From assembly GCA_028874985.1 (NCBI GenBank), contig JAPPGI010000186.1, positions 14,596 to 78,595 on the forward strand: a stretch of DNA of 64,000 nucleotides, given 5' to 3'. Shown piece after piece: positions 39,166 to 48,851 of this stretch. The position numbers and the translations under genes are program-made. Numbering within the stretch: the first letter of the stretch is position 1; every line of letters starts with the position of its first letter. The DNA is from Gemmatimonadota bacterium (GTDB taxonomy: Bacteria; Gemmatimonadota; Gemmatimonadetes; Longimicrobiales; Gaopeijiaceae). The notes beneath the pieces are model-generated. The model was not told the DNA's origin. It saw only the letters and a program-made list of their open reading frames with translations, and searched no databases.

Positions 39166-39871
39166 TCAAGAGCGCGCTCCCCACACCCCCCTGAACCCCT
39201 CCGCCAGACGCGGTCCCGCGCCCTCGTCCTCGTGCTTGAAGAACACGAAGACATCGCTCCACGCAGGGCGCGCCAGCGCGGCCGCCCACTCCGCCAGCTC
39301 ATCCTCGCCGTAGCCCGGCCGCCGCAGCCGCGCGTACCCGAACGTCGCCGTCTCCACGACCGGGGCCTCGCCCTCGCCCGTGTCGGCGGTCACCAGCGCG
39401 GCACCGCGATCGGCCAGTGCCCGGTAGACCTCGTCCGTGAACCAGCTCTCGTGCCGGAATTCGAAGGCGGCGCGCACTCCCTCCGGCACGATCGCGAGGA
39501 AGTCGCGCAGCCGCCCCGGGTCGGCGCGCAGACGGCGGCAGCTGGAAGAGGATCGGGCCGAGACGCTCGCCCAGCCCCGCCACGGCCGTCCGCACCAGGT
39601 AGTCCAGCGGCTCGCCGGCGTCCCTGAGCCGCTTCATGTGCGTGATGCGCCGGTTGGCCTTGAGCACGAACGCGAAGTCGCCGGGCACCTGCGACGCCCA
39701 CTTCTCCAGCATCTCCAACCGGGGCATCCGGTAGAAGGTGTTGTTGATCTCGACGCTGGTCAGCCGGCGGGAGTAGTACTCCAGCATCCGGTTGGCCGGG
39801 AGCTTGTCGGGGTAGAAGCTCCCCTTCCACTCCCTGTAGGAGAAGCCGCTGGTGCCGGTCCGGAGTCTCAT
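39166..39871 (-). pseudogene. DUF72 domain protein, frameshifted
   Basis: The N-part (start MRLRTGTSGFSYREWKGSFYP at 39871) runs to ...ILFQLPP. The C-part (VPEGVRAAFEFRHESWF...FVFFKHEDEGAGP) is in another frame. The switch is near 39530. The 706-nt span is not a multiple of 3. Confidence 0.75.
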
Positions 39872-42044
39872 TGCGCCCGTCCCTGCCGCCTGCCCCGCCA
39901 CCACCGCGGGACGGTCGTCGCGTGCACGTCGTAGCGGTGCCGCAGGTCGATGATGTCACGGGGAGAGCCCAGGATCGTCAGCCGGTCGCCCTGCTCGACC
40001 AGCGTGTCCTCGTGCGGGACCACGAGCTGTCCCCGGCGCCTGATCATCGCCGCCAGGGTGCTCTCGGGGAGCGCCATCTCCTCGATGGTCATCCCCGCCA
40101 GCACGCTGCTCGCTCCCTCGGGCAGGACCTCGACGACGAGCATGTGTTCGTCGCGGAGCATGACCTCGCGCAGCTCCAGGTCGTCCTCGGCCTCGAGCCA
40201 CTCCGTCAGGAAGCTGCCGTCGTCCACGCGGCCCGCGATCTGGGCGAGGATGCGCAGATGCCGCCCGTGATCGGACGCGGGGCTCGCGAGAAAGAAGGCC
40301 GCCTGGATGAGTTCGTCCTCCGCCGGCGCGACATCGGGCTCGCCGACGTCGATCGCGATCCCGCCGCGAACGCGGGCGAGCACCATGCGCGGGCCGGGGA
40401 TCGAATCCAGGTGCAGGTGAGGCAGCACGACTCCCTCCGACATCGGCGTGAGGCCCGTGCCGGTCCCCTCCAGGAGTCCCTCGGCGAGGCGGTCGGCGGG
40501 CACGCCCAGCTGCTGCGAAAGCGCCTGCGACGCCCGGTCCAGCAGTTCCGAGAAGGGAACGGCTCCCTCGTAGTCCAGCACGTCCGAAGCTGCGATCAGC
40601 CGCTCGAACGGATCCGCGTCGCGGACCCCCTTCTCCTTCAGGATCTGGCGCAGTTCGCGTTCCAGCCCCTGGTTGCGCTGCTGGCCCAGCCGCTCGAAGA
40701 CGTGATAGATCGCTCCCTCCCGGCGAACGTGTTCCCGGCCGTACACGCCGTACCAGACAAGGCCGAAGGCGATGAACGCGATGCTGAGGAGGGTGGCCAT
40801 CCATCCCATCTCGACGATGAGCGGGAAGGGGATGACGATGCCGACGATCTGGACCCAGGGATAGAACGGAGCGCGGAAGCCCGGGTCGTAGGGTGCGAGG
40901 CCGCTCTCGCGCATGACGATCACGGCCAGGCAGGCGAGGCCGAACATGATGAGCTGGAAGGCGCCGGCGAGCTTGGCGATGCTGGACGGATCGAAGAGCG
41001 CCAGCCACAGGAGGATCAGGCCCACGGTCGCGAGGACGGCGACCCAGGGGGTGCCCCAGCGGCTGATCCGGTGCAGCGCGCCCGGCAGCACATGGTCGCG
41101 GCTCATGGCCAGGGGGTAGCGGCTTGCCGACAGGACGCCGGCGTTTCCCACCGATATGAAGGCTAGGATCGCCGCCACCGTCATGGCGGCCTCTCCGGTG
41201 CTCCCGGCGACCGCCCTGGCCATGGACGCCGCCGGAGCGAGGTTGCCGCCGTCCGCGGCGAGCGCCTGCACGCCCACCGCCCCCACCATCGCCCAGGTGC
41301 CGAGCACGTAGACGAGCAGCACCGTGACGAAGGCCAGCAGCATGCCCAGCGCCAGATTGCGGTCGGGGTTCTTCACCTCCTCCGAGACCGAGGCCACGTG
41401 GGTGAGCCCCATGTACGACACGATGACCAGCCCCACGGTGGCGAGGAAGGGCGAGGCGCCCACGTCGAAGGCCGCGTCGAAGGCCCGGGGATCCAGGGCG
41501 GTGAACCCCGCACCGATCAGCCAGCCCAGCAGGGCCAGGAGGACCACGGTCAGGATCGTCTGCAGGGCGCTGGTCTTCTTGGCGCCGAAGAGGTTCACCG
41601 CACCGAAGCCCAGCGCGAAGGCCAAGGAGATCGGCCCCGCGGGCGCCTCGGGGAAGTAGACCCGCAGGTAGGCGCCGAGGCCCACCAGGGCGAAGGCCGA
41701 CTTGAGGGTCAGCGTGGTCCAGGTGCCGAAACCCCCGATCGACCCCACCCGCTGGCCCATGCTGCGGTCCAGGAAGTAGTAGATGCCGCCGGCGCGGGGC
41801 ATGGCGGTCGCCAGTTCGGCCATGCTGAGGATTCCGGGCAGGAGAAGGAGCCCTGCCAGCAGGTAGGCGAAGGGGATCGCGCTCCCCGCCTGGGCGGCGG
41901 CGAGTCCGGGGAGGAGGAAGAAGCCCGAACTGAGCGTCGCGCCGGTCGCGATGGCGTATACGTCGAAGAGCCCGAGCTCCCGTTTGAGTTTCGCGATGGT
42001 GCCCTCGCGCGGTGAATGGACTTCCGGTGCGTGCCCCGTACCAT
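39868..42044 (-). CDS. APC-family amino acid permease with C-terminal regulatory domains (PTS-EIIA-like and TrkA-C-like); 5' end out of frame
   Basis: ORF 39868..41823 plus 66 in-frame upstream codons with no start codon (GTIAKLKRELGLFDVYAIATGATLSSGFFLLPGLAAAQAG...). The only ATG (42044, MVRGTHRKSIH) is in a different frame, so either there is an indel near 42000-42015 or a non-canonical start is used. The stop overlaps the DUF72 start (ATGA). Confidence 0.75.
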
Positions 42045-42089
42045 AGCAGGTCTCTTGCTCGCGGGGCAGATACTCCTACCATACCCCCC

Positions 42090-44099
42090 ATGGATCCTCG
42101 CCCCGCGTTGCCCGCGGCCCTGGCGGCCTCGCTCGCCGCCGCCTGCGCCGGCTCTCTCGAGCTCACCCCCTCCGACGCGGCCACCGTTCTCTCCGGACAC
42201 CACCTCGACCACCCCAACCCCGCCCTCCCCGGCCCCCACCGGGTCCTCACCCTCTACTACGGCAGCGGCACGGACAGGAACCGCGCCGAATACCGCGACT
42301 CGGTGGCCGTCGTGACCGAACCCGTGGACGCCTCGAAGCTGGTGAGCCTGGGCGGCTCGGCGAAGTCCCGGAACAGGTACTGGGGGTTCCCGCCCGACAG
42401 CTTCCCAGTCAACGCGCGGGTCTGGTACCCCGACGACCCGGGCCCCCACCCACTCGTGCTGGTCGTGCACGGCAACCACGACATGCGCGACTTCTCGGAT
42501 CCCGGGTACGACTGGCTGGGCGAGCTGCTCGCCAGCCGCGGATACATCCTCGCCTCGGTGGACATGAACTTCATCAACGGCGGCATCCGCGGCGAGAACG
42601 ACGGGCGCGGCTGGCTCCTCCTGAAGCACCTGCAGGCGTGGCGGCGCTTCAACGAGGACCCGGACGGGCCCTTCCGCGGCCGGGTCGACATGGGCAACAT
42701 CGGGCTCATCGGGCACTCGCGCGGAGGGGAGGCGGTGGCGCTGGCGGCCGCCTTCAACCGCCTGGCGCGCTACCCGGACGACGCCGCGCTCGAGTTCGAC
42801 TTCGGGTTCGCCGTCAAGGCCGTGATCGCGATTGCGCCGGTGGACGGTCAGTATCTCCCGGCCGGCCGGCGCACGCCGGTCCGTGACGTCAACTACCTGG
42901 TCTTCCACGGCTCCCACGACGGAGACGTGACCAGCTTTCACGGGCTCCGCCAGTTCAACCGCGTCTCCTTCACCGGCGGGAGGGCGGGCGCGGCCCCGCC
43001 CGCCGCTGCCGGCGGATCCGCCGGGAGCGCCGTGGAATCCCCCGGCCTCTTCAAGTCCGCCGTCTACGTCTACCGCGCCAACCACGGGCAGTGGAACACC
43101 GTCTGGGGCGCGCACGACAACGGCCCCCGCAGCGGCCGCATCCTGAAACTGGACGGCCTCCTGCCGCCCGAGGACCAGCGCGAGTTCGGCCGCGTCTTCA
43201 TCTCGTCCTTCCTCGACGTCACCCTCAAGGGCGACGACCGCTACCGCCCCCTCTTCCGCGACCACCGCGTCGCGGGCGGCTGGCTGCCGGGTACGATGTA
43301 CATCACGCGCTTCAGGGACTCGTCCTTCCGCCCCCTGGCCGACTTCGAGGAGGACATCGACGTGACCACCGGGTCCGCGGCGGGCGTGACCCTTCACGGC
43401 GCCGGCTTCAGCACCTGGCGCGAGGGCCGCCTCGACCTGCGTTCGGCCAACCGCGCGAACACCTCGTCATCGCAGCTCAACCAGGCGCTGTGGCTGGGTT
43501 GGAACAACAGCTACCGCGACTCCGACGAGCCGGCGCCGCCCGCGGTCTTCACCTTCACGCTGCCCGGGGAGTTGGCCGCCCGGTGGGCCGTGGGTCCCCG
43601 GTCCACGCTGGAGATGCACGTGGGCGGCCTCGACGAGGAGCCGGGGCCGCGCGAGAACCCGGAGGAGGAGGGGGAGGGGAATCAGGGCGACGCTGCCGGA
43701 ACGGCCGACGAAGCGGACGAGGACCGCCACGGGAGGGGCCGCGGGGACGAAGAGAAGCCGCCGCTCGAGCTGACCGTCGCGGCCGTCGACGCGGACGGCG
43801 ACACCGCCCGGGTGAGCCTGACCGACTACGGACCGTTGCGCAGGCCGCTCACGATTCGCGTGCTCCGCCGCCGCGACCTGGAGGACGACCGCTTCGCCGA
43901 CCCGTGGGAGCTCGTACTGCAACACTTCTCGATCCCGCTGCCGGACTTCGCCGCGGACAATCCCGCGTTCGAGCCGGGGTTGTTGCGAGAGGTTGCGCTG
44001 GTGTTCGACCGCACCGCGGCCGGAACGGTCGTGGTGGACGATGTGGGCCTTGCGCGGCCGCACCCCGGGTTCACGGCGGCGAGGGTGCCGCGGGGGTAG
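42090..44099 (+). CDS. secreted alpha/beta hydrolase (PAF-acetylhydrolase/dienelactone-hydrolase-like) with long C-terminal extension
   Basis: Start MDPRPALPAALAASLAAACAGS at 42090. PLVLVVHGNH, nucleophile elbow GLIGHSRGG, and VFHGSHDGD. The C-terminal 350 aa include an acidic tract. Confidence 0.7.
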   Translation: MDPRPALPAALAASLAAACAGSLELTPSDAATVLSGHHLDHPNPALPGPHRVLTLYYGSGTDRNRAEYRDSVAVVTEPVDASKLVSLGGSAKSRNRYWGFPPDSFPVNARVWYPDDPGPHPLVLVVHGNHDMRDFSDPGYDWLGELLASRGYILASVDMNFINGGIRGENDGRGWLLLKHLQAWRRFNEDPDGPFRGRVDMGNIGLIGHSRGGEAVALAAAFNRLARYPDDAALEFDFGFAVKAVIAIAPVDGQYLPAGRRTPVRDVNYLVFHGSHDGDVTSFHGLRQFNRVSFTGGRAGAAPPAAAGGSAGSAVESPGLFKSAVYVYRANHGQWNTVWGAHDNGPRSGRILKLDGLLPPEDQREFGRVFISSFLDVTLKGDDRYRPLFRDHRVAGGWLPGTMYITRFRDSSFRPLADFEEDIDVTTGSAAGVTLHGAGFSTWREGRLDLRSANRANTSSSQLNQALWLGWNNSYRDSDEPAPPAVFTFTLPGELAARWAVGPRSTLEMHVGGLDEEPGPRENPEEEGEGNQGDAAGTADEADEDRHGRGRGDEEKPPLELTVAAVDADGDTARVSLTDYGPLRRPLTIRVLRRRDLEDDRFADPWELVLQHFSIPLPDFAADNPAFEPGLLREVALVFDRTAAGTVVVDDVGLARPHPGFTAARVPRG

Positions 44100-44166
44100 C
44101 CGCCGGTTCGGCAACCTGCGAGCCGCGGCGGTGTCTTTGCCCGTAACGGCCCGGTAGCGCTCCCGT

Positions 44167-45327
44167 CTACCGGATCGAGACCCCGATCCGGTGCGGCCCC
44201 GAGATGGGGTCGTGGTCGCTGAATGCGTAGTCGAGGCGGATCCGGTCCCCTTCGAACCCGGCCCCGAAGGTAATCGGCACGCCGTCCCCCTCCACCACCC
44301 GCGCCCCCCCGATCCGCGCGACGAAGACCCGGCGCTGAACCGGCCAGTACGCGATCTCCACCCCGCCGCCCGGCACGATCTCGCCCCCGCCTTCGCGCGT
44401 GACGTGCACTGCGCCCCCGATGTCGAGCGGGCCGACCGGCCTCCTCCCCACGCCCGCCCCTAAGGCGACCTGCCACGGCAACGGGACCCGGCGGCCCGAC
44501 ATCCGCATGTCACGGCCGAGGTTCCGCACGGTGAGCGCCGCCGACACCGGCCCGATATCCCGAGCCACGCCCACGTCGACCGCCACGGTGCGGGCCCGCG
44601 AGCCTTCGGACCTCTGCCCGACCACCTTGGCGGCCGCGCCCACCCCGAACCCGAAGACTTCGCGCGCGTACCCCACCGTGCCCACGAACTCGGTCGCGGC
44701 CGCCCACGCCCCCTCCCCGTCATCGTCGCGGTCATGGTCGTCGTCGCGGTCGTCCTCGTCTTCCCGCTCTCCGGGCGCGCGTCCGTGCTCCGGCGCGGTG
44801 GCGGGCACGAACCCGGCGTCGTGGTCGAAGGCCACGAGGCCGATTCCCACCGTGCCGCCGAGCCAGGAACCGCCAGCGCCGAGCGCGATCTGCAAGGCCT
44901 GAGCGCGACCGCCGTCGCCGTCGCCGTGCTGGCGGTCACCGTCGCCGTCGTGCCCGCCATCGTCGTCGTCACCCTCCCGTCCGCCGTGTTCGCGTTCGCG
45001 GTCCCGCGAGTCGTGGTCCCGTTCGTGATCGCCGTAGAGGCCGGCGGTGCCCCCGATCGCGATGTCGAATCCCCGGCCCGGGATCAGGGCCGGGTGGTGG
45101 AAGATCGCGTGGCTGCCGCCTCCGGGGGTCCAGAAGGCGCCGCCGAGGGCGAGGGCGCGGGTGCTCGTGACCAGCTCGAGGACGGGGGGGCCGGGTGGTG
45201 CGGGACGCCGCGGTTCGTGCTCCTGTGCCTGCAGGAAGGGGGTGGGGGTTGCGGGCGCGGCCAGCGCCAGAGTCAGTACAAGTAGCGCGGGTGACGACGG
45301 TAGGTTGCGGGTGTTCCGCGACACCAC
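44167..45327 (-). CDS. putative outer-membrane beta-barrel protein with two His/Asp/Arg/Glu-rich loops
   Basis: Signal peptide ALLVLTLALAAPATP. Alternating Gly/aromatic beta-strand-like segments. Insertions GDHERDHDSRDREREHGGREGDDDDGGHDGDGDRQHGDGDGG and GEREDEDDRDDDHDRDDDGEG. Confidence 0.5.
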   Translation of the reverse strand: MVSRNTRNLPSSPALLVLTLALAAPATPTPFLQAQEHEPRRPAPPGPPVLELVTSTRALALGGAFWTPGGGSHAIFHHPALIPGRGFDIAIGGTAGLYGDHERDHDSRDREREHGGREGDDDDGGHDGDGDRQHGDGDGGRAQALQIALGAGGSWLGGTVGIGLVAFDHDAGFVPATAPEHGRAPGEREDEDDRDDDHDRDDDGEGAWAAATEFVGTVGYAREVFGFGVGAAAKVVGQRSEGSRARTVAVDVGVARDIGPVSAALTVRNLGRDMRMSGRRVPLPWQVALGAGVGRRPVGPLDIGGAVHVTREGGGEIVPGGGVEIAYWPVQRRVFVARIGGARVVEGDGVPITFGAGFEGDRIRLDYAFSDHDPISGPHRIGVSIR

Positions 45328-45347
45328 GTGGCCGGGCTGCTGACCTT

Positions 45348-45653
45348 CTACAACTCGGTCAGGACCACCACCCTCGCTACCCCGGCCGCAATCAGGGCCT
45401 TCTGCACGTCGTCCACCGCCTTGTAGGTGACTTCGGGCTGCATTTCGATGGTCACCACGCGCGCGGCCTCTATGTCCTCGAGAGCTTCGGACAGTTCGGC
45501 CACGGTCACCTCTTCGTCGTCCAGCACGATGGTGCCGTCGTCGAGCAGGGAGATCGCGACGGGGTCGTGGTCTTCATCGGAGGCGCCGCCGCCGGGCGTG
45601 GCGTCGCAGGCGGCCACGGCGGCGAGGAGGGCGAGAGCGAGAATCGGTTTCAT
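45348..45653 (-). CDS. small lipoprotein with ExbD/TolR-like periplasmic domain
   Basis: Start MKPILALALLAAVAAC at 45653. The body (ISLLDDGTIVLDDEEVTVAELSEAL...VVTIEMQPEVTYKAVDDVQKALIAAGVARVVVL) resembles the ExbD C-terminal domain. Confidence 0.5.
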   Translation of the reverse strand: MKPILALALLAAVAACDATPGGGASDEDHDPVAISLLDDGTIVLDDEEVTVAELSEALEDIEAARVVTIEMQPEVTYKAVDDVQKALIAAGVARVVVLTEL

Positions 45654-45773
45654 GATCGGCTCCTCGGCAGGAGAGTGGGCGTGTCCGGGTCCATAATGGT
45701 CGGGCTGTTTGGGCCGGTCAACACTGATACCCCGCGGGTGGGAACAGGTTGCGGCGGGGAGCACGGTGACCCC

Positions 45774-46034
45774 CTATCGGTGCTCCATCTCCCCCGCTTC
45801 CCCCACCACACTCCTGCGGCAGCCTGCGCACCGCACGACCACGCGGTCCCGCACGTAGGAAACGTCGCTTCTCGGCCCGGTGCGAATGACCGCGCAGGAG
45901 CTGCCGCAACGCGGGCAGACGGGACCGGGCGCGCCGCCGGCCACCTGCCTCAACAGTTCGATCCGTTCGCGGGGCGTGTAGGCACCGGTCCCGGGGGCGC
46001 GTCCGGACTTCGGAGCGGGCGTGGGATCGTTCAT
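45774..46034 (-). CDS. small zinc-ribbon protein (hypothetical)
   Basis: Terminal 86 codons of the antisense ORF 45774..48218. Two CxxC pairs (CPRCGSSC, CAGC). Divergent from the DUF5916 gene. Confidence 0.35.
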   Translation of the reverse strand: MNDPTPAPKSGRAPGTGAYTPRERIELLRQVAGGAPGPVCPRCGSSCAVIRTGPRSDVSYVRDRVVVRCAGCRRSVVGEAGEMEHR

Positions 46035-46187
46035 CGGTCTACATTGGTCAACGGCCAAGTCGCACCGGGTGTCCTTGCGGGTTGGCAGGCCGGGCCCGGG
46101 GGTCTTCTCCCCGGCCCGCACGAACGGCGCCGGACCGCGGGAAGCCGTGGTGGTCGCGGGCCAGCCGAAAGCGAGGCTTACCGAAGG

Positions 46188-48599
46188 ATGATGATAACGG
46201 TGGCGGCAGCGGCCGCCGCACTTGCGGGTGCGGGACAGCAGGCCGCCGAACGGCCCGAGAAGGCGCCGCCGGGAGGAGCGGACGGCCCGCCGACCACTGC
46301 CGTCTACGACGGGAGCGCCGGTCAGCTCGACGTGCCCGCCCTGAGAGTGGCCGGGGCCGCCATCGACATCGACGGCGAGATCGACGAGGCCGTGTGGGCG
46401 GATGCGCCGGTGCTCACCGGTTTCACCCAGTTCGACCCGGTCGAGGGCGTGCCCGCCACGCAGCGCACCGAGGCGCGGGTGCTTCTCACCGACGACGCGA
46501 TCTACTTTGCGGTGACCGCCTGGGACGACGTTCAGGACGGCATCCGCGCGACCCTCGGCGACCGGGACTCCTTCGGCTTCTCCGACGACTTCGTTCGGTT
46601 CGTCCTCGACACCTTCGACGACTCCCGGCGGGGCTACGTGATCATGGTCAATCCGCTGGGGGTCCAGCAGGACGGACTCTGGGTGGTGGGAGGGGGCCAG
46701 CGCCGCCGGTGGGGGCCGCCGATCGACTGGAACCCGGATTTCGTGTGGGACTCCGGCGGCCGCATCTTCGACGGAGGGTACTCGGTCGAGGTCAGGGTGC
46801 CGCTCAAGAGCATCCGGTTCCCCAGCGTGCCGGTGCAGGACTGGGGGCTGCAGATCGAGCGCCGGATCGCCCGCAACGGCTACCGCGAGTCCTGGGCGCC
46901 GGTGACGGCCGACGTGGCCAACCAGATGGAGCAGTTCGGCACCCTGACGGGCCTGCGGGATCTCAGCCCCGGGCTGTTTCTCGAGATCAACCCGGTCCAG
47001 ACCTTCAGCAGGCAGGGCGCGTACGACTCGGACGCCGGGGCGTTCCGGCGCGAAGGAATCGACGGAGACTTCGGGTTCAACGTCACCTACGGGATCACCT
47101 CCAACCTCACGCTGGACGGCACCTACAACCCCGACTTCTCGCAGGTGGAGGCCGACGCGGGCCAGATCGCCGTCAACGAACGCTTCGCCCTCTTCCTGCG
47201 CGAGAAACGCCCGTTTTTTCTGGAAGGCACCGAGATCTTCCAGCTCCCCCGGCAGCTCGTCTACACTCGCTCGATCGTCAACCCGGTGGTGGGGGCCAAG
47301 CTGCAGGGCAAGATCGGCTCCTTCAACGCCGGCTACCTCGGCGCCCTGGACGAGGTCGGCGATTCCGACGACCCCGACGGGAAGGAGAACGCGGTCGTCA
47401 ACCTCCTCCGCCTCCGGCGCGACCTGGGGAGCACGTCCAACATCGGCATGGTCTACACGGACCGGGCCTCCGGACAGGACCGTTTCAACCGGGTGCTGGG
47501 CGTCGACGGCCGCTTCCAGCTGAAACAGCGCTACACGGTCACGCTGCTGGCCGCCGGCAGCCGCACCTCGCAGGGGGACCCCGGAGCCGTCAGCGGCGGA
47601 CTCCTCGGCGCCCAGGTCGAGCGTTCCGGGCGCAACTTCCGGTTCGAGCTCGGCGGCTCGGACATCAGCAACGACTTCGTGGCCGGGAGCGGCTTCATTC
47701 GCCGCACCGGGGTGGCGCAGGTGGGGGCGGACGCGAGCTACAACTTCCGCGGCCGGCCCGGCGACCTGATCGAGAGCTGGGGACCCCGCCTCGAGGCGGA
47801 GGGGCTGTGGACGCACGACGACTTCCGGGCCCGGCGGCGGCCGCAGGAGTCGGGCTTCGAGCTGGGCGGCAGCGTCTCCCTGCGCGGCAACATCACCGTC
47901 TTCGGCAACTACTCGCGCTCGTATTACCGCTTCGGCGCCGACGCCTACGACGGCCTGTTCTTCACGGACGCCGATGGACTGCGCCACGTCTTCCGTCCCG
48001 GCCGGTCGCTCTTCCAGGGCCTCGGTTCGGGAACGATCTTCTTCTGGGTCAACACCTTCGACCGCGTGCGCGGGAACGTCCGGCTGACCAGGTCGGAGTC
48101 GCCCCTCTTCGACTTCATCACCGACACACCCGTCGACATCGCCGATTCCTGGTCGGGGAACGCCAGCCTGAACCTCTTCCCCACCACCAGTCTCAGCGCG
48201 GAGCTGGGGGTCCGGCACACCAGCCTCTTCAGGAAGCGCGACGGGTCTCTCTATTCGCGGGCCACGATCCCGCGCGCGCGGGCCCAGTACCAGTTCAACC
48301 GGGCGCTCTACATCCGGACGATCCTGGAGTACGGCAGCCAGTCGCGGGGCGCCTTGCTGACCCCGGAGGACGGCCGCCAGGTTTCGTACTGCTCCGCCGG
48401 ATCGTGCGTCGAGCTGGAGGGTACCGAGTCGAACGACTTCTCGGTAGAGGCGCTGCTGGGCTACGAGCCGACGCCGGGTACGGTCTTCTTCCTGGGCTAC
48501 ACCCGGCGGATGGAGGACACGGAGGCCTTCCGCTTCCGCGAGGTGCGCCCCGAGGCCGAAGGGGTGTTCGTGAAACTATCCTACCGGTTCCGGGGGTAG
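46188..48599 (+). CDS. DUF5916 / carbohydrate-binding family 9-like outer-membrane protein
   Basis: ATG at 46188 inside ORF 45195..48599. N-terminal IDGEIDEAVWADAPVLTGFTQFDPVEGVPATQRTEARVLLTDDAIYFAV (CBM9-like), then a long beta-rich region ending SYRFRG. Confidence 0.8.
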   Translation: MMITVAAAAAALAGAGQQAAERPEKAPPGGADGPPTTAVYDGSAGQLDVPALRVAGAAIDIDGEIDEAVWADAPVLTGFTQFDPVEGVPATQRTEARVLLTDDAIYFAVTAWDDVQDGIRATLGDRDSFGFSDDFVRFVLDTFDDSRRGYVIMVNPLGVQQDGLWVVGGGQRRRWGPPIDWNPDFVWDSGGRIFDGGYSVEVRVPLKSIRFPSVPVQDWGLQIERRIARNGYRESWAPVTADVANQMEQFGTLTGLRDLSPGLFLEINPVQTFSRQGAYDSDAGAFRREGIDGDFGFNVTYGITSNLTLDGTYNPDFSQVEADAGQIAVNERFALFLREKRPFFLEGTEIFQLPRQLVYTRSIVNPVVGAKLQGKIGSFNAGYLGALDEVGDSDDPDGKENAVVNLLRLRRDLGSTSNIGMVYTDRASGQDRFNRVLGVDGRFQLKQRYTVTLLAAGSRTSQGDPGAVSGGLLGAQVERSGRNFRFELGGSDISNDFVAGSGFIRRTGVAQVGADASYNFRGRPGDLIESWGPRLEAEGLWTHDDFRARRRPQESGFELGGSVSLRGNITVFGNYSRSYYRFGADAYDGLFFTDADGLRHVFRPGRSLFQGLGSGTIFFWVNTFDRVRGNVRLTRSESPLFDFITDTPVDIADSWSGNASLNLFPTTSLSAELGVRHTSLFRKRDGSLYSRATIPRARAQYQFNRALYIRTILEYGSQSRGALLTPEDGRQVSYCSAGSCVELEGTESNDFSVEALLGYEPTPGTVFFLGYTRRMEDTEAFRFREVRPEAEGVFVKLSYRFRG

Positions 48600-48641
48600 G
48601 GCGGAGAACCAACCCCGAAACAAGAGAATGGAGATGATGAG

Positions 48642-48845
48642 ATGACGATAAGAACCGTCGGCGCGGTCGCGGCCACCGGTCTCGTGAGCGTCGTGCTGCT
48701 CAAGCTGCTCGCGGCCGTCGCGGCACCGCTGCTCGGGATGTTCGTGAGCTTCCTGGCGCTGGCCTTCAAGGTGGGGCTGGCCCTGGGGGTCTGCTACTTC
48801 CTGTACCGGATGTTCAGGCGCCGCCAGGACGAGATGGCGGCGTAG
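48642..48845 (+). CDS. small two-helix membrane protein
   Basis: 67-aa ORF preceded by GGAGATGATGAG. Two hydrophobic helices and a basic tail. Confidence 0.45.
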   Translation: MTIRTVGAVAATGLVSVVLLKLLAAVAAPLLGMFVSFLALAFKVGLALGVCYFLYRMFRRRQDEMAA

Positions 48846-48851
48846 CGGTCT

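Noticed and set aside
45774-48218. 814-aa ORF antisense to the DUF5916 gene
   Set aside because: It is antisense to a well-supported gene. Only its last 86 codons (45774..46034), which lie outside that gene and contain two CxxC pairs, were kept as a low-confidence small CDS.
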